A stretch of DNA of 64,000 nt from assembly GCA_937902315.1 (NCBI GenBank), contig CALGUG010000019.1, forward strand, positions 8,426-72,425. Direction: 5' to 3'. Shown piece by piece: positions 1 through 9,137 of this stretch. A program made the translations under genes and the position numbers. The stretch's first letter is position 1. Each line of letters starts with the position of its first letter. This DNA comes from an uncultured Chloroflexales bacterium (GTDB taxonomy: Bacteria; Chloroflexota; Chloroflexia; Chloroflexales; Chloroflexaceae). Below the pieces are notes generated by a model. The model was not told the DNA's origin. It searched no databases and worked only from the letters and a program-made list of their open reading frames with translations.

Positions 1-1
1 C

Positions 2-130
2 CAAGGCGAGCACGAGGAGCATCTGGGCGATCTCAGCGGAGCCGCGCCCGAGGAACAGCTCGCTCTGCTCTCGATCTACCTCTACCTCGAACACGCTGGT
101 TTCGCCGATCTCAAGGCGGCTCTCTTCTGA
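2..130 (+). CDS. 3' end of an unidentified CDS running off the window start (...ALLSIYLYLEHAGFADLKAALF*)
   Basis: Open frame from the window edge to TGA at 128-130 with strong GC3 bias. No recognisable domain. Confidence 0.25.
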   Translation, partial: QGEHEEHLGDLSGAAPEEQLALLSIYLYLEHAGFADLKAALF

Positions 131-177
131 GTAGCGCCAGCGAGCGCGCTTGGGTCGTGCATCGCTTTGGCGGCTAG

Positions 178-492
178 GCTGCTAGCTCCCATTCGGCTTC
201 TAGCGCGTCCGCCTTCGGCTATCAGATGCTAGCTCCTGCCCTCATCCCCGGCCCTTCTCCCGCAACGCGGGAGAAGGGAGCGAAACCCGCTTACAGACGT
301 GCATGTCCGCAACGTGGACCTACAAAAGCGCGGGAGAGAGTACAACAAACAGAATTGATACGAAATCCGCCTGAATCGTTGAATGTTGGGCGGTTTGTCG
401 GCACACAACTACCACACTCTGCTTACGGGCGAGCTGTTGGTAGCCGTAGGCGGACGCGTTAGCAGCCATCTTTGGGGAAGAGACCAAGCCGC
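178..492. repeat. MITE-like repeat family A, complete copy: long inverted termini (GCTAGCTCCCATTCGGCTTCTAGCGCGTCCGCCTTCGGCTA ... TAGCCGTAGGCGGACGCGTTAGCAGCC) and internal hairpin CCCTTCTCCCGCAACGCGGGAGAAGGG
   Basis: Inverted copies of the GTAGCCGTAGGCGGACGCG core ~230 bp apart. The same termini and hairpin recur at >10 other intergenic sites in the window. Confidence 0.7.
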
Positions 493-655
493 CAGAGTGT
501 TGAAGTGATCGAACGGATTAGGTATAAGTTCCGTTCTGCCGAAACCCAAATAGGCACGGAACCGGTTGAATCTGCTGATAGATAGTGCGAATTGAGGGAG
601 AGAGCTACAAAAAAGGGACCTTCCGCTCTGTAGAAAGGCATGAGGAGGCTTGTCG

Positions 656-1150
656 ATGCACGATTCTCAGTTGAGCGCTCAGTTGATTTACTTGCGCAAT
701 GTCGAGAGCGACGATATCGCGTTCTTTTTCCGCTTCCAGAGCGATCCCGAGGCGGGTTATATGGCAGGTTTTGGAGGCTGCAAGCCAGGCGATCTGCTGC
801 TGCATTACGCCCAGTGGGAGATCATCTGCGCCGATCAGACCTTGATCAAGCGCACGATCTGTTACGACGATATGGTGGTTGGCAATGTGCTTTGTTACGA
901 GCACGAGGGACGGCGCGAGCTAGGCTACTGGATCGATCGGGCCTATTGGGGCCTTGGAATCGCCACGGCTGCGCTGGGCCTCTTCCTTGATCAGTACGCT
1001 CACCGTCCGCTCTATGCGCGCTGTGTGGCCGATAATAAAGCATCGCAACGTGTCTTAGAGAAAAATGGTTTCCAGTTCTGCGCACAAGAACAAGCTTTTT
1101 CCGACACGCGCAATGCTGAAGTGACGGAGCTGGTCTATATGCTTAACTGA
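656..1150 (+). CDS. GNAT-family N-acetyltransferase (RimJ/RimL-like)
   Basis: 165-aa product with GNAT-like core (…GYWIDRAYWGLGIATAA…). GAGGAGG RBS 7 nt upstream of ATG 656; the track start at 650 is TTG. Confidence 0.6.
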   Translation: MHDSQLSAQLIYLRNVESDDIAFFFRFQSDPEAGYMAGFGGCKPGDLLLHYAQWEIICADQTLIKRTICYDDMVVGNVLCYEHEGRRELGYWIDRAYWGLGIATAALGLFLDQYAHRPLYARCVADNKASQRVLEKNGFQFCAQEQAFSDTRNAEVTELVYMLN

Positions 1151-1565
1151 CGGGCGCGCCCTGCAGCAGCGCTAGCAGATCATTGGGCAGCCGAATCGGC
1201 TTATGGGTCGCGCGGTCGAGCACAAGGTGGTTGGTTTGGCCCGAGACCAAGAGCAGATCGCGGGCTTGATCGATGATCTGATAACCGAAGCTGAGCTGGC
1301 GGCTGCGCAGGCTCAGCAGCGAGGTGCGGATCGTAAGCAGGTCGTCGTAGCGGGCGGCAGCGTGGTAGCGCACTTGCAGATCGGAGAGTACCGTGATGAA
1401 ACCGCGTTCTTCGAGCTCACGATAGCTGCTGCCGCGCGAACGGAACAGCTCGCTGCGCCCAACTTCAAACCAAATAATGTAGCTGCTATGATGAACGATA
1501 CCTTGGGCGTCGGTTTCGGCGTAGCGCACGCGCACAGTGGTATCGACGGTTACAATGCTCTCCAA
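1143..1565 (-). CDS. acyl-CoA thioesterase, 4HBT/YbgC-like hotdog fold
   Basis: 140 aa with the typical YbgC N-terminus (VRVRYAETDAQGIVHHSSYIIWFEVGRSE). TTG start. Confidence 0.6.
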   Translation of the reverse strand: MESIVTVDTTVRVRYAETDAQGIVHHSSYIIWFEVGRSELFRSRGSSYRELEERGFITVLSDLQVRYHAAARYDDLLTIRTSLLSLRSRQLSFGYQIIDQARDLLLVSGQTNHLVLDRATHKPIRLPNDLLALLQGAPVS

Positions 1566-2449
1566 CGGGCCTCTCCTTGTTCTAAGATCTGCTCGGCTTT
1601 GCCGCAGCTTTCGAGATAACTGAGATGCGCAGCCACCACACTTTGGAAGATGGCGTGCTGTGCGAGATTGTTGAAGGTGCGCCCCATACGCTCGGCGACG
1701 CTAGCTGTGATCGCGCTGATCGAAGCTGGCTTGCTGAGGCTTGCCAGAATCGTCTCACTGCTGTTGAGGATCGCATCGCGGTTGACGTGTAGCACCGCTT
1801 CAAGCTCGTCGCGCTCGACCAGCGTGCCGTGCCCAGGCAGAAAATAGCGCTCAGAGCGGGCTGCGACGCGTTCAAGGCTCGCCAATTGCTGTGCAACATC
1901 GTGGGTATAGGGAATGCCGTGCTGAGCCACGATCTTTGGGCCTAAAAAGCTGTCGGCGGCAAAGCAAACATCATCGATCGCCACACCGATCTGCTGGATG
2001 CTATGGCCCGGCAGGGCGATCACCTCGAATACGAGCTGGTTGATCTCGAGCCGCCCTTCGTTGAGATAGTGATCGACGCGTGTGCCCTTCGAGAGCAGCC
2101 AACTGGTGCGGTAGGCTTTGGGCGGATTGGCGCCCAAGCTGAGGTAGATCGGCTCAAAGAGCGGGTTCTGCATCAAGGCGGCTTCTACTGGGCTGGCATA
2201 AACCACGGCCTCGGGGTAGGCCCGCAACAAGAAGTCGTTGCCGCCCACATGGTCGGCGTGGTGGTGGGTCGAAATAATCGCGACAAGGCTGCGGCCGGCG
2301 GCGTTGAGCGCTTTTTTAACAGCGCGGCCCGTATCTTTATCGATGCCCGTATCGATTACCACCGCTCCGTTCTGCTCATCGAAGACGAAGCCGAGGTTGT
2401 TAGAGCCCGGAAGGTAGCCGACACGTTGGTTGATCATCACAAGAGACAT
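1550..2449 (-). CDS. MBL-fold metallo-hydrolase
   Basis: HHHADHVGG metallo-beta-lactamase motif. 299 aa, overlaps the downstream thioesterase by 16 bp. Confidence 0.7.
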   Translation of the reverse strand: MSLVMINQRVGYLPGSNNLGFVFDEQNGAVVIDTGIDKDTGRAVKKALNAAGRSLVAIISTHHHADHVGGNDFLLRAYPEAVVYASPVEAALMQNPLFEPIYLSLGANPPKAYRTSWLLSKGTRVDHYLNEGRLEINQLVFEVIALPGHSIQQIGVAIDDVCFAADSFLGPKIVAQHGIPYTHDVAQQLASLERVAARSERYFLPGHGTLVERDELEAVLHVNRDAILNSSETILASLSKPASISAITASVAERMGRTFNNLAQHAIFQSVVAAHLSYLESCGKAEQILEQGEARWRAL

Positions 2450-2685
2450 CGCTAAAACCTTTACACTCGTTTGCTATTTCTCTTCACCAGCAAGGGCGAC
2501 TGCTTGACTACAATTGGCTCAGCGCTTTATGCTTTAGGCTAGTAGGCGATTTTGCTTGTAAGCGCTTTGAAACTAATCTCGCTTGTACAACGTCCGACAT
2601 TATACCATAGCGATTTTCGGCTTTTTGGGTTGGGTTTGCCCAAAAGAGCGTGTTATACTGTCAGAGGAATGTTGAACAGTAACAA

Positions 2686-3891
2686 TTGAAAGGAACCGAT
2701 GTGACGCCGAAACAAGCAAGCGATCTGCGTCGGCTAGGCACGGCACTTCTCCTTGGTGTGGTGGCTGGTGCAGGCGTGCGTTACTACCTGCATACACGTA
2801 CTCGTGATCACGCCCAACGACCTTCGCAACTGATCGACTGGGAACAGGCGCGCTCGGTCGCGTTGCGGGTCTCACAATGGAAAGATCACCCTGTGCTCGA
2901 CCGCGCGATGCGGGAAGAACAGTACAGTGAACTTGTCCAGCGTAGTGTTCCTCTCATCTCCGAGTACCTCAATGTGCACTTGCCTAATCCGCTTGAGAAG
3001 GTTTATGTCTTCGATCGCCGCGAGTGGCTGGAAGCGAATCTGAAATCCTTCGAGCACCTCTTCGCCCCGATCGAAGAGATCTATCTGCGCAACGGCGGCG
3101 CCAAAGGCCCGCTCTCGAGCGTTTTGGGTGGCTGGAACAGCAAAATTATTGGCGCGGAGATCGGCGTCCTGCTCGGTTTCTTGGCGCGGCGTGTCTTGGG
3201 CCAGTACGATCTGAGCCTGCTTTCGCCCGAGCCGAGCGTGCATGGTGCGCTCTACTATGTCGAGCCGAATATCGACCGTGTTCAGAAGTCGCTCGGCCTC
3301 AACGACGAAGACTTTCGGCTCTGGATCGCGCTGCACGAGACGACCCATGCCTTCGAGTTTGAAGCCTACCCGTGGGTACGCGAACACTTCAACGGCTTGG
3401 TGCGCCGCTATTTTGATCAGCTGAATGGTCAGTTAGATGGCCTTGGCACCAATCTAGCCGAGATACTGGTGCGGGTTTTAGAGGGCAACAAGCAGAACAA
3501 AGACGGCAAGCACTGGATCGAAACGGTGCTAACTGCCGAGCAGCGTCAGCTCTTCGACGAGCTGCAAGCTCTGATGTCGTTGGTCGAAGGTTATAGCAAC
3601 CATATGATGAACGCCATCGGTCGCCAGCTTCTGCCCAGCTTCGACCAGATCGAGCAGCGCATTGAGCAGCGCCAGCGCAACAAGAATCTCTTCGAGCTGG
3701 TCTTTAACCGTGTGACGGGTATGGATCTGAAGCTGGCTCAGTACCAGCAGGGCGAGGCTTTTGTGAACGCGGTCGTGGCCGAGCGCGGCATCGCTTTCGC
3801 CGCCAAAGTCTGGGAGAAAGCCGAGAACCTGCCCAACCTGAACGAGATTCGCAACCCACACCAGTGGATCGCCCGAATCGACGCTCAGTAG
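2686..3891 (+). CDS. putative zinc-dependent metalloprotease/hydrolase (HExxH; DUF2342/TIGR03624-like)
   Basis: N-terminal TM segment, then HETTHAFEF zinc motif. Real start may be GTG 2701, which has an AAAGGA RBS. Confidence 0.45.
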   Translation: MKGTDVTPKQASDLRRLGTALLLGVVAGAGVRYYLHTRTRDHAQRPSQLIDWEQARSVALRVSQWKDHPVLDRAMREEQYSELVQRSVPLISEYLNVHLPNPLEKVYVFDRREWLEANLKSFEHLFAPIEEIYLRNGGAKGPLSSVLGGWNSKIIGAEIGVLLGFLARRVLGQYDLSLLSPEPSVHGALYYVEPNIDRVQKSLGLNDEDFRLWIALHETTHAFEFEAYPWVREHFNGLVRRYFDQLNGQLDGLGTNLAEILVRVLEGNKQNKDGKHWIETVLTAEQRQLFDELQALMSLVEGYSNHMMNAIGRQLLPSFDQIEQRIEQRQRNKNLFELVFNRVTGMDLKLAQYQQGEAFVNAVVAERGIAFAAKVWEKAENLPNLNEIRNPHQWIARIDAQ

Positions 3892-3994
3892 TTGAGTTTG
3901 TAGCAGAGACGAGCAGCGGGGTTGTCTTCCTCGCTGCTTTGTTATGCGCCGTAGTTTGTACTTCAGGCGGGGACGACTCAATCCAAACAAAAGG

Positions 3995-4260
3995 CGAGAA
4001 CCGCGTCCGCCTACGGCTAACAGAGCGGCTAGCTGGCCCTCATCCCCGGCCCTTCTCCCGCAATGCGGGAGAAGGGAGCCGCGCTTCGATGCGCTGATCT
4101 TTGCTGCTCGATGCGTCTTCTGCGGGTTCAGCGCTGCAACGAGCGGCGATGATTGCGCTGAGACACATTGCGCCTCAGCGCAAGATGACCAGCCCTCGTG
4201 TATGGAAAGGATGTTGATAGCCGTAGGCGGACGCGCCAGAAGCCGAATGGGGCTAGAGGC
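3995..4260. repeat. MITE-like repeat family A copy
   Basis: CGCGTCCGCCTACGGCTAAC ... CCCTCATCCCCGGCCCTTCTCCCGCAATGCGGGAGAAGGG ... GATAGCCGTAGGCGGACGCGCCAGAAGCCGAATGGGG. Confidence 0.65.
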
Positions 4261-4297
4261 CTTTCCGCCAGAGTTTGAATAATGTATCGGATCTTGT

Positions 4298-4879
4298 ATG
4301 AGCGATCGAAAACGCTTGCTGAGCTTGCTATTTGTGGCGCTTGTTGGCTCCGTCTTTATCGTTGCGACGCGGGTGCGGCCCGAGGCAAGCAGCATCGCCG
4401 CCCAAACGCCTGCGCCGATCGGCGAGGCGCGTCCTTTGGCCAATCATCTCGCGCCCGATTTTGTGCTGAGTGACTTGGCGGGCCAGCAGGTGGCCCTGAG
4501 CGAGCTGCGCGGCAAAGTTGTCTTGGTCAATATCTGGGCGACGTGGTGCCCGCCCTGCCGCGCCGAACTGCCTATGATCGAAGAGGCCCAGCGGCGCTAC
4601 GGCGAGCGCGGCTTTGTGGTTTTGGCGGTCAATCAGGCCGAAGAGCGCGCTCTGGTAGCCGATTTTATGCGCGAACACGGCTTGAGCTTTCCGGTCTTGC
4701 TCGATAGCGACGGCGCGGTGAGCCGCCTCTATGCGACCCAAGCGCTGCCGAGCAGCTTCTTCATCGATCGTCAAGGCGTGATCCGCACGCTCTATCGCGG
4801 GCCGCTGACCCAGAGCGTGATGGCGGGCGTGATCGAGCAGCTGCTAACCGAAGGAGGCGACGATGTATCCGCTCCTTGA
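4298..4879 (+). CDS. TlpA/ResA-like thiol-disulfide oxidoreductase (thioredoxin fold), membrane anchored
   Basis: N-terminal TM helix and WATWCPPCRAE redox motif. Confidence 0.75.
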   Translation: MSDRKRLLSLLFVALVGSVFIVATRVRPEASSIAAQTPAPIGEARPLANHLAPDFVLSDLAGQQVALSELRGKVVLVNIWATWCPPCRAELPMIEEAQRRYGERGFVVLAVNQAEERALVADFMREHGLSFPVLLDSDGAVSRLYATQALPSSFFIDRQGVIRTLYRGPLTQSVMAGVIEQLLTEGGDDVSAP

Positions 4880-5651
4880 GCTGGGCCCGCTGCGTTTGGC
4901 CAGCGGCGGCCTGCTGTTGATCGTGGGCGTTCTGCTGGCCCACGCGCTCTTTGAACGCCTGCTGCTGCGGCGTAATGGCGCGGAGCTGCTGCAGGCCAGC
5001 GGCTCAGTTGTCTATCTGGCTCTGGCGGCGGCGCTGCTGGGTGGGCGGATCTGGTTCGGCCTCTTTCATTGGCAGCTCTATGCCCAGCACCTGCAGCTCT
5101 GGTACGCGCTGCGCATCAGCGACTTCGGCTGGGGCGGCGCGCTCTTGGGTGCTTGGGCGGTGGCCTGGCTCTACTGCCGCTGGAAGCGCCTGCCGAGCGC
5201 TGAGCTGGCCGATGCGGCGGCCTTGGCCCTGCCCCTTGCGCAGGCCTGCGCGAGTCTGGGCTTGCTTTTGAGCGGCGAAGCCTATGGCGCGCCCACCGAG
5301 CTGGCTTGGGGCATCGAGCTGTTCGGCACCAAGCGCCACCCGACTCAACTGCTGCTACTGGGAGCGGCCCTGCTGAGCGCGCTCTACCTCTGGTGGCTGG
5401 CACGCCGAGCAGTGCCGAGCGGCAGCTTGTTTCGGGCTTGGCTGGGCGCGCAGGCCCTGAGCATGCTGCTGATCGAAGCCTTGCGGGGCGATTCGCTGCT
5501 GCTGCCGGGCGGCATTCGCGTCAATCAGCTGATCGGCCTTGGGCTGCTGTTGGGCTTGATCTGGACGCAGCCCCGTCTTGAGCGAGCGCTCAGCCCTGAT
5601 CCCGAGGCCCTAACAGCCGAGCGCAGCGATCAGCTATCGGCCCGATCTTGA
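4863..5651 (+). CDS. lgt: prolipoprotein diacylglyceryl transferase-like membrane protein
   Basis: Polytopic protein with Lgt-like motifs (FGWGGALLG; KRHPTQLL resembling the Lgt RHPSQLYE signature). GAAGGAGG RBS; 17-bp overlap with the tlpA-like gene. Confidence 0.6.
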   Translation: MYPLLELGPLRLASGGLLLIVGVLLAHALFERLLLRRNGAELLQASGSVVYLALAAALLGGRIWFGLFHWQLYAQHLQLWYALRISDFGWGGALLGAWAVAWLYCRWKRLPSAELADAAALALPLAQACASLGLLLSGEAYGAPTELAWGIELFGTKRHPTQLLLLGAALLSALYLWWLARRAVPSGSLFRAWLGAQALSMLLIEALRGDSLLLPGGIRVNQLIGLGLLLGLIWTQPRLERALSPDPEALTAERSDQLSARS

Positions 5652-5712
5652 CTTTACAGAGGCGACATGCTATTGTGCAGAAAATAACGAACATATTTGC
5701 GAAGGTGGTCGC

Positions 5713-6924
5713 ATGGCATTAGATCTCACCCAACTGAGCACACAAGTGCGCCGTATGAGCACAAATTTGGTGGCGAGCGTTTCTGATACAGTTGAACGCC
5801 AGATGTTGACCTTGGGGCGCTATCTGGAAGAGACGGGCGCCGAAGAGGATTGGGCGCGCGCGGTCGATCTCAGCCGCGAAAGTTCCAACTGGCTCTTGGC
5901 GCGTCCGGTCGAGCCTTTCAATTTCTCGCGCGACCTGCCGCAGCGCCCTTCCGACTATGCGCTGGTGGCGACCGACGGCTCGCAGATCGATGTCGACCGC
6001 CACGGGATGTTGGCCTGTTATCTGCTCAATATGGGCCGCGTCTATCTGCGCTATGGCCGCGATCCATTAGCCAAGCTCTCCTCGCGACCGAGCCTCTACT
6101 ACAGCGAAGACGATCTCTACATCAGCGATGGCGGTGCGCGCCGCGTCGCCATCGAGGGCAGCCTGCTCAGCGCACGGCGCGACGTCGAAGAGGGCGTGGC
6201 GCTGGCGGCGTTGGCCGACGAGTTCATCGACGGCTCTGTGCCTGCCATCGCGCTCCAAGATGGCACGCTGGTGCGTTGGTCGCTGGCCAACGCCGAAGGC
6301 TTTGTGCAAGACTACTTCCTCAAGCCCTATCTGGCCTACCTCGACCACATGCGCGAGCGCCAGATCCCCGTGGCGAGCTATATCAGCCGACCGCGCTCGC
6401 CCGAGGTGGCGGGCATCATCCGCCTGATGTTCTGCCCCGATATTCAGCTCGATGCTGGGCGAGGCGCCAAGTGCAGCGAATGTAGCGATGTGAAAGCGGG
6501 GCGTAAGCCTTCTTGTAGCCATTGCCAAGGCCTCAGCGACAGCGATATCTTGGGCAACAGCTTGGCTGAGGGCCAGCGCGGGCCAATCTACCTCTCGATG
6601 AGCAAGATCAATATCGAGATGTACGGGCCGCACCGCATTCACTTCTTCTACATGCGAGTCGGGCGCGAACTGGCGCGTGTTGAGATTCCTCAATGGGTGG
6701 CCGAACGCCCCGATTGGGTCGATCTGATCCACACCCTGCTCTACGACCAGTGTATGAAGGGCCAAGGTTATCCGGTCGCTCTCTCGCGTGCCCACGAGCA
6801 GGCCATTGTGCGCAGCGCCGATCGTCGTGCCTTCCAAAGTATGGTCGAGGCCACCCTCCTACGCTCCGAGCTGCCAGCCAGCAGCTCGCGCAAGCAAGAT
6901 AGCAAGCAGCGCCAAGCGCTCTAG
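5713..6924 (+). CDS. NurA-domain (5'-3' nuclease) family protein with internal Cys4 zinc-ribbon insert
   Basis: NurA-like catalytic ATDGSQ motif near residue 85 and a second DGS, with a CSECSD...CSHCQG cluster. GAAGGTGG RBS. No herA nearby. Confidence 0.5.
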   Translation: MALDLTQLSTQVRRMSTNLVASVSDTVERQMLTLGRYLEETGAEEDWARAVDLSRESSNWLLARPVEPFNFSRDLPQRPSDYALVATDGSQIDVDRHGMLACYLLNMGRVYLRYGRDPLAKLSSRPSLYYSEDDLYISDGGARRVAIEGSLLSARRDVEEGVALAALADEFIDGSVPAIALQDGTLVRWSLANAEGFVQDYFLKPYLAYLDHMRERQIPVASYISRPRSPEVAGIIRLMFCPDIQLDAGRGAKCSECSDVKAGRKPSCSHCQGLSDSDILGNSLAEGQRGPIYLSMSKINIEMYGPHRIHFFYMRVGRELARVEIPQWVAERPDWVDLIHTLLYDQCMKGQGYPVALSRAHEQAIVRSADRRAFQSMVEATLLRSELPASSSRKQDSKQRQAL

Positions 6925-7169
6925 CTCCGCTCTCGATCTACATAACGGCGGATTCTCACCTACTAGCGGCTTGAGTAGGGTCTGCTCAGCTGCGCTTCGC
7001 TTTGGTGTATCATAAGGCTGCGCATTGTGTACAACAAGGCAGCAGAATGCATAGCAACGAATGCTACGACCGGACAGTGTCTGTGAAAAAGCGGCCTGTG
7101 CGGTCTATTGATTTTTATAGCGATCTAGAGCAGCAGTATTCGACGCTCTATTAGCTCCAGAGGAGAGCC

Positions 7170-7754
7170 ATGCAACGCCTGATTGAGCGACTGTTAGAGG
7201 GTGAGCGCCACCTTGGCAAAGGGATGGTGCGTGTGAGCGATTTTTTGAACCACCAAGTTGATGCCGCGCTGTTGGCTGAATGTGGGCAAGCTTTGGCTGC
7301 TCGTTGGCGCGACTATGGCCTAACAAAGGTCTTGACAGCCGAGACCAGTGGCATCGCGCCCGCTTTGGCAGTGGCGACAGCTTTGGGACTGCCATTGGTG
7401 TTTGCACGTAAACGCCGTTTGGGCACATTGGGAGCCGATGTCTATAGCGCGACAGCCCCTTCGCCCACGCACGGTGGATCGTTTGATCTTGTAGTTGCAA
7501 GCTCGTTTTTACAGCCTAACGACCGCGTTCTAGTCGTTGATGATATTTTGGCCAGCGGCCGCACGATCGTGGCGCTGCACGACATCATTCAGCAGGCCCG
7601 CGCCCAGCTGGTCGGCATAGCGGCCATCGTCGAGAAGGGCTATAGTAACGGTCGACGCGATCTGGCCCGTTACCAAGTGCCGATCACTAGCTTGGCCGTG
7701 ATCGAGCAGGCCGACGAAAATGGTTTGCAGGTGCGGCCCGGCATCGACGCCTAG
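7170..7754 (+). CDS. xpt: xanthine phosphoribosyltransferase
   Basis: Full-length similarity to Xpt (…VLVVDDILASGRTIVAL… PRPP-binding motif). AGGAGAG RBS. Confidence 0.85.
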   Translation: MQRLIERLLEGERHLGKGMVRVSDFLNHQVDAALLAECGQALAARWRDYGLTKVLTAETSGIAPALAVATALGLPLVFARKRRLGTLGADVYSATAPSPTHGGSFDLVVASSFLQPNDRVLVVDDILASGRTIVALHDIIQQARAQLVGIAAIVEKGYSNGRRDLARYQVPITSLAVIEQADENGLQVRPGIDA

Positions 7755-7807
7755 CCACGCTCGCCTCACAAGTGCTTCTCCCGTTCCGTATCATCATCTG
7801 GCGGAGA

Positions 7808-7915
7808 GGCTTCTAGCTCCCAGTCGGCGTGTAGCGCGTCCGCCTACGGCTACTAAACAGGGCTAGCCGCCCTCATCCCCGACCCTTCTCCCGCATTGCG
7901 GGAGAAGGGTGCCGC
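7808..7915. repeat. MITE-like repeat family A, half copy (one terminus plus GGGAGAAGGG hairpin)
   Basis: TAGCGCGTCCGCCTACGGCTACTAAACAGGGCTAGCCGCCCTCATCCCCGACCCTTCTCCCGCATTGCGGGAGAAGGG. Confidence 0.6.
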
Positions 7916-8043
7916 ACTGCACACACAGCGATAGAGTGAGAGATAAACTCAACTTTTCGTACCCTGAGCCTGTCGAAGGACAGGCTACGACAAGCCCGTC
8001 GAAGAGTGCGATGCGCAACCCGCTTAAAGCACCCTTTCGATCA

Positions 8044-8078
8044 AGAGCAAAAAAAGAGCTCCCTCGCGTGCGAGGGAG
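8044..8078 (-). terminator. rho-independent terminator downstream of pth
   Basis: Minus-strand GCTCCCTCGCACGCGAGGGAGC 10-bp stem followed by TCTTTTTTTG. Confidence 0.6.
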
Positions 8079-8098
8079 CGTTTGTGTTCGCTGGAAAG

Positions 8099-8791
8099 CT
8101 AGGCTTCCGCGACCGGCTGGCTGTTTTCGTTGCTCGGCTGGGCGGGCGCTTCGTGCGCTTGGGCGGTCGCCTCGCTCGCTTTGTCTAGCTGTTCGGGACG
8201 CGGCTTCTTGGGGCGCGGCGGTTTGTCGCCGCCGTTGTAGCGATTCATAGCCGTTGTAAAGCCTTCGCGCAAAATCAGCTCGATCGCGTCGGCGGCCCGA
8301 TTCTGGAAGTCGGGCAGCTTCTCCTGCTCCTCTTTCGTAAAGCGGCCTAGAACATATTTGGCGGCATCCCAACCTTGGGGCACGTTGCCGATGCCCATGC
8401 GTAGGCGGCGGAAGTTTTGGCTGCCTAACAGGTTGACGATCGACTTCATGCCGTTGTGGGTGCCTGGCCCACCCTTCTCGCGCAGACGCAGCGCCCCGAA
8501 GGCCAGATCGAGATCATCGTAAACCACTAGCAGTTCGCTTGCGGGGTCAACTTTATACCACGAGCACAGGCCGCTAACGGCTTGGCCGCTGAGGTTCATA
8601 TAGGTGAAGGGCTTCGCCAGAACTACGCGTTGCCCGGCGATATTCCCCACAGCGATGCGCGCTTTGGCGCGTTTATCATCGAAGTCTAGCCCATGGCGAT
8701 CGGCGAGCGTGTTAAGGCACTCGAAGCCGATATTATGGCGGGTCTGTTTATACTCTTCGCCCGGATTTCCGAGCCCAACGATCAACCACAC
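8099..8791 (-). CDS. pth: peptidyl-tRNA hydrolase with ~45-aa Pro/Lys/Ala-rich C-terminal tail
   Basis: WLIVGLGNPGEEY…HNG Pth core. Likely start is GTG (MWLIVGLGNPG) with an AAGGAA RBS; the ORF track's 26-aa N-extension is unlikely. Confidence 0.85.
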   Translation of the reverse strand: MWLIVGLGNPGEEYKQTRHNIGFECLNTLADRHGLDFDDKRAKARIAVGNIAGQRVVLAKPFTYMNLSGQAVSGLCSWYKVDPASELLVVYDDLDLAFGALRLREKGGPGTHNGMKSIVNLLGSQNFRRLRMGIGNVPQGWDAAKYVLGRFTKEEQEKLPDFQNRAADAIELILREGFTTAMNRYNGGDKPPRPKKPRPEQLDKASEATAQAHEAPAQPSNENSQPVAEA

Positions 8792-9137
8792 AGTATCATT
8801 CCTTATGCTGATGATAGAAAAACGTTTTGCAAACGCAGCCTTTTGTTGGCGCTTGTAGAACAGTACCACAGATCAAGCCAGACTGCTAGCGCTGCTAGAC
8901 TGATCTCTGCTTGAAACCCACAGATCGATCTCTATCTTAACCTTATCTGTGTAAATGTGGTTTTTCAAATCGAATCCACACAAGTTCTACACAAAAAAGT
9001 GCTATCCTGTTAGTTGGTAATCTTGTTCATTAACATTATGAGGCAATTGAATAAAAGAACGATGTTCTGCATCGCTTCTTTATAGCTTCGATCTAACATA
9101 ACGATATACGCTCCTTGAGAGCTGTGCGAGGACATAT

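Noticed and set aside
3529-4443. 304-aa minus-strand ORF spanning a family A repeat copy and antisense to the metalloprotease 3' end
   Set aside because: No domain signal, and it runs through an intergenic repeat. Long spurious ORFs of this kind are expected at ~60% GC.
6925-7169. Possible purine riboswitch upstream of xpt
   Set aside because: I searched for the conserved UUUCUACC / CCGUAAAU cores of the guanine riboswitch and found none. Only a small unrelated hairpin, CCTACTagcggcttgAGTAGG, is present.
7863-8372. 169-aa minus-strand ORF overlapping the pth 3' region and a family A repeat copy
   Set aside because: It overlaps the well-supported pth gene and its terminator, and its sequence is low-complexity and Arg-rich.
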